Assembly (NCBI GenBank): GCA_016748015.1
Contig: JAAOMT010000036.1
Location: 64,233-113,207 of the forward strand
Reading direction: 5' to 3'
DNA length: 48,975 bases
DNA from: Geosiphon pyriformis uo1
Taxonomy: Eukaryota; Fungi; Glomeromycota
Positions 39,706 to 48,975 of this stretch are shown here, in pieces. The notes below the pieces were generated by a model. The model was not told the DNA's origin, did not search any database, and saw only the letters and a list, made by a program, of their open reading frames with translations. How positions within the stretch are numbered: position 1 is the first letter of the stretch; each line of letters starts with the position of its first letter. The translations under genes were made by a program, and so were the position numbers.

Positions 39706-41831
39706 CGTATGAATAAGAACGGATAAAAAGTAAATGTATTATTATTCGAAGAAGGTTTTTTTGAAAATGTTTATTTGATAGTACGTTTAAAAAGTTATTT
39801 ATCTAAACGAGGAGTTCTTATTTTTATTTTTTCCTGTGTTTACATAGTTAAAAAATCAATTTATTAACCTTAAAAGTAGCTAAAGTACACAAAGAAATAC
39901 GCCAAACAAGTTTCCCCATTGTCACATTGTCTTGTTACCCAAATGAGTTGTATGATTTAATTATAAGACCCTTGTTGTTTGCATATCTTTTACTAATTAT
40001 TGTGTTTAAATTTTACAGGTCTGTGAACAGAAGCATTTATCAGATAACCTATGACTTATATATCTATTAATAGTTTAATAGGTTAATGGGTGAATAGGTC
40101 AACTTGATGGGTTTTAGTTTCGGATTTTCTAAATCTTAAAAAGGCTTATCTTTAAAAATGAAACATTATGCATTAACAATAAAAATTTTTATATAAAATT
40201 ATTTTTAGTTTGCTCAATACTAAAACAGAAAATTTTTATCAATGGTTCCTTTTAATTTCTATTGGCTTTCAGTTTCTTTTCAAACTAACTTCGGATGCTT
40301 CAAACGAAAACTTTTGGATCATTAATTATTCGGTTGAGTTATTCCCAAGAGAAAAGATTCTCTATAAAAAATTTTTTATAAACTAATTAATTAGAGAATG
40401 AAGAATAAGGGTAATTTGAATTTCAAGTTTTGGCTAGGTTAAACTGCTATAATTAATAAATTTGTTACTAATTTACCATTCTATTATAATAAATATTAAA
40501 TTCAAGCTTATTTTTTGTTTAATTTCTTATGTTGACTATGTATTCATAATCAAGAAATATTAAAATTATCTTAATTTACCAATTTGTAATACTGCCATTT
40601 ATCATCTTTAGAACTTAATATTCAATAATGAAATTAAAAATTTGTTGAAATTTTAAACATTATATTACCATTTGATAAATGTTTTAGTTAAAATTTCAAA
40701 ATATGTAAAAAGATATTATTTATGTTTATATTAACCATATATGAAAAATATATTAAAAAATTTAACACTTTCATATAAATAATACATTCTATATAATTAA
40801 TAAACTAATTACATATAAAATTCCTTATTGTTTATAAACTTTTTTTCAACTTTATAATTTAATATACATAAATTAAAATTCATTAATTTAAGTTATTTAA
40901 ACTTTGATTCAAGATTTTTTTAAATTTTAAAATTGTATATAAATTGTATTAAAATATATAAATAATTATTCAATCAATATTTTTATTTATAAATAAACCA
41001 AATTTTATTATTATATTAGTATTTTAATTGATTTTATTTTTTAATATATAATAATAATTATAATAATTAATTTTTAATATTGAATTAACCAAATAAAAAA
41101 TTAATAACATAATATTTTAAAACTGTAAAATATATTTTTTTGAAATTTTTTTATATTAAAATAATTATTAAAATATTACTATCTTAATCAAACAAATAAT
41201 GCATACCTATTGATTTTAAATAAAATTTGATTTTAAATAATTTATCAAACATTTTGAAAATTTTTTTTAAAACAAAAATTAAATATAAAATTACTTATTT
41301 CTTCTAAATTGTATTTAAAATACAATATTTTTATTATACATTCTAAAAGATTCTAGTTTAATTAAATAAGGCATCACTAATTCACTAATCAATAAAATTA
41401 CCATTTTCAAGCATTTTTTATCATATTTTTTTTAATTAAATATATATCAACTCCAAATAATTAATTGAATTATTTCTATAAAACCAATTTACAATAATTT
41501 AAAATTTTCAGAATTTTTTGTATTTTGCAATGAAAATTTTCAGTTATTTTAATGAAAGTATTAATACTTATAGAATTCGATTGAATAATAAAGACTTATT
41601 ACTTTAGCAGATACCAAAAAAAAACTATGCATCATATAAAAATTATTTCATACAGAAATATAGAAATTTGATTTTTATTGTACGCTCACAATTTTTATTC
41701 ATAAATTTCAGTTTACAGAAAAAATTGCAATCATAAAATGACTTAATTAGAAATCTACTTGTATAAAATTTTAGAAAATTTTTTTACAGTCGTTTGTTTG
41801 AAAAAGTAAAATATCGATAAAGACCAGAATA

Positions 41832-42625
41832 CAGGTCTAGCAAAATTAATTACCGACTATTTTTTAAAATTACAAGATTTCTTAAAACACAAACCTAGGA
41901 GATTTTTTTTGTTGAAGATACTTTAATACTAACTCATTTAAAAATTGATATTTTAATATAGTCAAACTTGCTACAAATATTAGTAAATACCTGTTCTGGA
42001 AGGTTTGCCTATTCTTTTTTTCCTAGCTCAATAATAATCTCCTGAAACACTCCTTTTTTTGCCACCATTCCTTTTACTTTTTTTTTATTTACCGACTTTG
42101 AACCCTGGATCCATTTCTTTGGGCGCTTTGATTTCTGCTGACGTAGTGAAATGATTTTCGTGCACGATTTTGCCGATCTGGCGAAGTAAGTACAAAAAAG
42201 TTAGTGTTAATTGTCTTAACAATAAGAGTGTTGATTTTTGTTGTCTAATTAAATTTAATTTCAGCAGAAGTATCAGTATACAAGCCCAAAACAATAACTA
42301 AAAGTTGTGAGCGGCCACGCCCATTTTACAAAGTAGGATGATCTAACGTTGACAGCAACGAAGGAGAATACCCGTCTGTTTGGCGAGTTCGGTTGTATCG
42401 TGGTGACCATTGCGTTAAAGATGATCAACGACTTCACTGTTTGATTTTACGGGGGTTAGGGTGTATCAGGTAAGTGAAAAAATAATGAAAATTTAAAATG
42501 GGTAACGGCAGGAGTAAATGAGAGGTTGTGACATCAGGGTAAACATTTACCCGTTGGTATTTTTCTGCATGGAACGCGATAAAATTTGCGAAAAACGCTG
42601 ATACCATTACTTTCTGCTAGGACTA
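41832..42625 (-). mobile_element. Decayed, internally deleted Tc1/mariner-like element
   Basis: Minus-strand pieces VVDHL*RNGHHDTTELAKQTGILLRCCQR, GRSQLL and RQIGKIVHENHFTTSAEIKA resemble the Tc1 HTH regions. One end is TA|CAGGTCTAGCAAAATTAAT; the other is an imperfect TA|TAGTCCTAGCAGAAAGTAAT. Confidence 0.68.
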
Positions 42626-43685
42626 TATATACAAAAAAATTCTGTCCTTCCTGTTTGTTATCAGACGTTGTATTTCTCAATCTGTAATAATTTTCTTTTG
42701 CCGTTAGCAAAATCTCATTAGACTAATCTTAATTTCTTTAGAGAAGGTCTCTTCAACATACCAATATTTAAACTTGTAGGGCCACTTTCCAAGGATAAGT
42801 ATGCAAGCCAAGAAAAAGAAAACTCCTTATTATTGAATGTAACATATTTACTTTCCAAAATTAACAAAATTTCGGTAAATAAAAATAAATTTTGAAAGTG
42901 AGTATTTTCTAAAGTTGAAATTAAAATAAATTTTTTAATTTTTAATTAATGAATAGAAATTTTCACAAGTCAATTTTCTCAATAGTATAATTGTTATTGA
43001 ATTAAATTTAGTTGGTTTCTCTCGTAAAATCAATCAAACCTCGTATTTTTATTCTAGAACAGTGTCAAATGTGTGTTTAATTTTAATTCAATGGTTTCAA
43101 TTTTTATTAAAATATGTTTGATAGATAAAAATTACCGAAACATTTTCAATTTGATAATAATTTCAAATAAAAAATATTATGTCAAACCAGCTTTACTTTT
43201 AATACACTTTTGAAATTTTTATGACATGATTAAATTTAAGTCTAAATAAGTTTTTAAACAATTAATTAGCTATAAATTTTTATAAAAATATTAAAAAACA
43301 CTTGAATTTTAAATTTATCTTGAGGTTAAGATTTAAAATTTAAAATTATTTGTTAAAAAATTTGGCACTATTCATTTTATAGTTCATAGTTTAGACTTAA
43401 ACAATGACTTGAAAAAAAAATCTTGTTAAACAGGAAAGTTTATTATAAAGTTGTATAAATAAATAATTAATTTATATTATATACTTGCATGAAAATTTGA
43501 GAATGAGGTTATTCACTCTACTTTTTTCTCACCAACTAAGTTAATGCATATAAATTATTTTCAAGTTTCTTAAAAAAGCTAAATTTCAAACTACGTTGCG
43601 AAATCATCAATCTTTTCTGATTAAAACCTTTTAACAATAAAAACCGTTTCAACACTAAAAAATTAATTCTAGCCTACTATAAAAC

Positions 43686-44040
43686 ATGAGTGAAATCTGG
43701 ATGTACCTCAGAATGGCTTGTCCAGCAGCTGGATGCTCAAAAACAACTACCTACAACTGATTTCATGCAGAAAATAATTGCCTTGTAGAAACATCTAGCC
43801 TTCCCTTTATTTAATGCACCAGTTGTTATGCTGAAATATCTAACCAAGCTCGTATTAGGTGCACTGATTTTTCGAATTTTAAGCACATAAAAAACTCGTA
43901 TTTTGCTTGTCCCAACCACCGGGATGCTACCGATCGACAACTTTTGGTTCATTCCAAATGTTGCTTTTAGGAATAGATTAGATTACAAAGATATAATTAG
44001 AGATTTAATTCGCTATTTGATCGATAAATATTCAAGATAA
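43686..44040 (+). pseudogene. Small Cys/His-rich (putative Zn-binding) protein pseudogene
   Basis: MSEIWMYLRMACPAAGCSKTTTYN*FHAENNC...I*CTSC..EISNQARIRC......HIKNSYFACPNH; GC-richer island with two in-frame stops and a later frameshift. Confidence 0.55.
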
Positions 44041-44168
44041 AAGACATGAAATTACTCTTCCTTAATCATTCCAGATAATATTTATATAACCAACAATATA
44101 AAGATTAAATATTAATCCCCACCAAAAATTTCACAAAATAGCCCATAATAATCAAAGTAATAGCGCAA

Positions 44169-44201
<33 letters not shown>

Positions 44202-44629
44202 GAGAAAAAACTGTTAAAATAAAAATAAAAATTACATGTTTTAATATTGTGACAAAAAAATTTGGCAAGATATGATATCAAAAAAATCAAGAAATTACTT
44301 TAACAAGAATATTATATCAAATACCAATTGTATTAAAGCAGTGTATTTTCAATATCCAACATATAATTAATTACCAAATATTGATGGATAAAGATTTATT
44401 TTGTGTAAAGTAAAATAATAAAACTCCAATTGATTATTTAAAGAAATAATATTGTTGAATGTTATAAATTTGTTTATTTAAATTATCTATGTTAATTAAA
44501 TACTGAAATTAATTTTTTTTTATTTAAATGAACTACTTCGTTTAAAATATTGTTGTTATTTTTAATTTTTTGAAAATTTGAAAATTTTATTTGTAATTGT
44601 GTAATTTTATAGATCTTATTTAATTTTTT

Positions 44630-44660
<31 letters not shown>

Positions 44661-45409
44661 ACTTTCTAAATCTGAAACAGTGTTTAAATTATAAACAAAA
44701 TTGATTATTAATTTAAGTAATTAGATTTGTAAAAATTATAATAGATAACGATTGGGCCTTACTCGTTAAAATAAAAATTTGTAAAAAATATTGTTTTTAA
44801 AAATTAAAATTCATTTTTACAAACTAATCAAATAAATTATTTTTAAGTTTTTTTAATTACTTTTCTAATAAGTAACAGTGAAAATAATATTTTTTCATAT
44901 TTTAAAATGACTTTAAAAATACAAAAAAAATAAAAATTACTATTAAAAGAAATTCAATAATTTAAATACGTTTTTCAATTATTTTTTTATATATATTTGA
45001 AAATTTAAAAGTCGTTTCAGAAATTTTTATTATTTTTAAAATAAATAGAAATTAAAATCGTTTTTTTTTTTTTTTTTTTACATATTTTGTTATAACTTTA
45101 TTAAAATTTTAAATACATTTTTTTTTTTAATTCTATTTTTTATTAGAATATTAAAAATGAAATGTCAGAATTTGTTTTAAAATCAAATATTAAAAAAATT
45201 TATCATTTTTTTTTTCAATAATTGACAAAAGTTTATTACATGATTTGTTTTAGATTGTTGATTTCAAGAAAATCTTTTTCAATTTTTAAGTCATTTTCAT
45301 TGAATCTTGTATGTATTACCATAAAATAATGTAATCAAAAGCTATTTGTATGCTATTTTAGAACAAATAAAATATTAATTATTGAAAACTTTTGTTATAA
45401 AAAGAAAGT

Positions 45410-45456
<47 letters not shown>

Positions 45457-46469
45457 TATATTTTGAAAATTATTATTTAAATTTAATATTTTGTTAATAA
45501 TTTAAATTTTTGGGTTTTAAATTTTTTTTTAATTATCAGGTATACTGTATTTTTTTTACGCATTTTAAATAATGATTAATAAGATGTTCAAATATTTTTG
45601 TAAAATTTAAAAATACTCCTTCTTCTCTCAATTTATTAAATGCTATAATTATTTATTTGATCATGTTTCCCTAGAATAAATTTACAATTCAATGATGCCC
45701 TGCTACTTGAATTAAATGTCACACCAAATGTTATTATATTCATAATATCAATTAATGATGAATAATGCTGTACTGATTTTAATCTCAATATCTCAGAAAT
45801 GAATTTTCCAATGCTATTTTCAATATAAAGATTTTTATTATTATAAAATCCATTTAGTAAAAACGGAGAGCCCAAAGAAAGCTTTTACGCTATTACTCCT
45901 GAAAAAAATAATTAAATTAGATCTTTATTCCTTTAAAAAGGTGACCCTTAATATAATCTGTTAATTTTCAAGAATGATAATCGGTTAAACTTTTTCCCAA
46001 GAATGTTACGTAAATGAATCATGATCGATGAAGAACATTATGAAAATGGCAATTAATATAACTGATACCACCATGTACAGAATTACCAGATTCTCTTTTT
46101 CAAATAGGTTAAATGAATTGAGTTCTTAGATATTTTATATTATGTAATCCAGACGAAAGGGCTAAGATGAATGAACATAACTTTCCTGTTCATCAATAAA
46201 GATAACAATTAGCTGGTCAACTTCAATAATCTTTGGAAAAAAAATATCTTGAATATTAACTAATAATTAGTTCCGGATCGGATTTTCTCGTTTCATTGAA
46301 ATCATTAAGATCGAAACATTTTTAATCGTGTCCAAATGGACAAGGAAAGCAACAGGTATGGATAGGTACGCACTTATCTTCTTAATTACATCGAAACTGA
46401 TCAAAAGGGCGAATAAAAGAGTTTAAAGAAACTTTGGATATCTTTAAGCAAAACTTTCTTTAACTTAAT

Positions 46470-46507
<38 letters not shown>

Positions 46508-47142
46508 GAGGAGAAGGAAAGAGATTAGGTACAGTACAAGTCCTCTGAAATAATTAAATAGATCTGATTTAAGACGGTATCCAAAGAATATGGTCGAGGA
46601 AAACTGGATAAAATTTTAACCTATTAATATCATATAGTTTAAAAATCAACAAAATAGCTGAGCACATTTTGTAAGAGTTATTTTTGGCTAATATTGGGTA
46701 TATTAGAATCTTGATGAGTGGATTATTTGCTTACAAATAATATCATTTTATTTGGGTTAAGGTTGGGTTGGTTGTCAAAAATTAAGGCAATTAATGGGAC
46801 TTATCGATTGAAATGATATAATATATAATATATATATATTCGGCTTTTATCATCGATGCACATTTCTAAAAAGAAACCACAAGCCGAACATTTTATTATT
46901 TCTACCCCGAAAATTAGCGCCAAATCACAACAAAATTCTCACGTTTCCTTTTGACTATTTTTTAAAATTGTGTTATTAAAAATGGATTTATAGTCTCGGA
47001 AAATATTATTTTAGGTTTTGGTTAGATTAATTAAAATTATAAAAATTCCGAAGATATTTGTACCTACCTTCAGAATCGAAATATCTGAACTTTTTTTCAT
47101 TTAAGAAAAATATTGAACTTACCCGGGAACTAGTCTGCTGCT

Positions 47143-47272
<130 letters not shown>

Positions 47273-48060
47273 GTTGAAAAATTTTCTTGATTAAATTAAT
47301 CCTCTATGTGATAAGATTAGGTAAGGCTGAATAATTGAAAAATGATTTTCTCTCTAAGATTGATTTCAATCAAATTTAAACTGTAATATATAATTTAGGA
47401 ATGAGATGAGGGAACTACTTAACTGACGCACGATTATAATATATAAACCTGCGTGGTCTATCCTCTTTAAACCTTAAAAAAAAGTAGTAGAATCGAAGGG
47501 AAAATAAATCAAAGATTGATCGGTTGATCATGGTAGATCGAGTTCACGATTTCACAAGGATTATGTTGCCATGATGCATTATTTGTTTCGGGGTCGTGAT
47601 TTACTGTCTCACTAATAATGCACAAAATCTTAGGTCATCAAAGAAAATTTTCCGTATGCATAATGTTATTGGGAATCAATCTAATTTTACACGTACGATT
47701 TCTTTATCCACAGAAAGAGATTTTCAAATAAAACTTTCTAGATAATACCAGAATACTGCATAGAATTTAATTTTTTTTTTTTAAAAAAATTTGACCGGAA
47801 AATTTTATCGGAACTTTTAAAGATGATCATTTATTATTAAAAATATTGAATATATTACTAATATTATTATTTGAAAAAGGAGTGATTTTTTTGTTGTTGC
47901 TTTCATAATCATTTCATGTTTTTTTTTTTTCAGGTAAATCGATGATTTTGAAAATTTTGAATTTATTCAAAGAGGTAACGTTTCACTTTTTATTCTGAAT
48001 TATAATATTTTGATTATATAAATTGAAAAAAAAACTATTAAAAATTTACTGAAAACTGGG

Positions 48061-48097
<37 letters not shown>

Positions 48098-48975
48098 AAA
48101 AAAGTAAATTAGAAATGTCTTAAAAGTTTTCTCTTGAATTGGTTTCTTGAGTCTAACCTAATGTAACACATTTGAAAGTTGGAGGATGTTTAATTAATAT
48201 ATTAGGATAAAGCACTTTTATTTTTCCGATAGTCAAAGATATCTGTAAATAACGAAATATCAACAAAATATCAGAAATAGAAACATAATTGATATCATAG
48301 TATCAGAAACAGAATTATTATATATAGTATCAAAAATAGAAATACACGAATATAATTATATCATGCAAATAAAATTTCTTTGTTATTTTTTCTTGGGAAA
48401 AATAAAATTGTTTGTGATCTTGTAAAATTTTCAAATTAATCCTAATTGGGAAAGAATCTGCTAAATCACATGATAATTACTATCTAATAACGTCAAAAAA
48501 GTTTCGTCAACGCAGAGAATCTTTTAGAAAAATGTTGGAACCACCTTATCATTTGAAACTTTATGTAAAAAATAATAAATCTGCTTGATGCTATCATTTA
48601 TACAATCATATGATAAACTTTTCGTTATCACATGTGATTCTGAAGCTAGATTTTGTCATAGTTGATACTTTTGAAACGGAGCCAATCATATCAAGACTGA
48701 GAATTTCGACTTTTGCTACTATTTGCTAGATTTTACCGACAAGATTTCCTTCCCTCATGATAAAAAATGATTTTCTGAAGTTATCCTAAAATAGTAGAAC
48801 CCGAAATGCTTTATCGTTATTTTTTTTTCGATTTGGGGGAAAATTCTTTTATCAATTTTCTGTTGAGAACACATCGAATTGAAGTGAAGTATTCTATTAA
48901 AATCATATCGTGTATGGTTTTAGAGAAAGCAACAGCTACTTTTTTTTTAAAATTTTTTTTTTTTTTTTTTTTTTT

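Noticed and set aside
45636-46450. Coding-like, GC-richer minus-strand segment including a 79-aa ORF
   Set aside because: May be a decayed gene, but there are many stops and no motif I can assign.
47400-47980. CpG-containing island and a possible micro-exon near 47934-47974
   Set aside because: Could be a promoter or UTR of a nearby gene, but no ORF or RNA family could be supported.

Overview
Very AT-rich eukaryotic DNA with short GT-AG introns. The gene content (expanded BTB-BACK-TLDc genes, TKL-type kinases with an N-terminal CxxC/'SGNKEVD' module and HRDLHSGN/DLG motifs, dispersed 5S rDNA) points to an arbuscular mycorrhizal fungus (Glomeromycota); this is inference. Contents: (1) two 5S rRNA genes inside a >=1.2 kb near-identical inverted duplication (1-1249 / 19430-20602) that brackets about 18 kb; (2) three BTB-BACK-TLDc paralogs (intact, nonsense-truncated, decayed); (3) five kinase copies or relics in graded states of decay; (4) two paralogs of an uncharacterised two-exon gene family; (5) a five-exon class-3 lipase-like gene whose catalytic Ser and probably His are replaced; (6) two internally deleted Tc1/mariner elements; (7) a decayed Fanzor2/IS607-TnpB-like RNA-guided nuclease gene (about 16.17-17.25 kb), missed by the ORF track, with RuvC I/II/III motifs still readable and a candidate intron; (8) a Cys/His-rich small-protein pseudogene and many microsatellites. 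All exon structures and alignments were worked out by eye.
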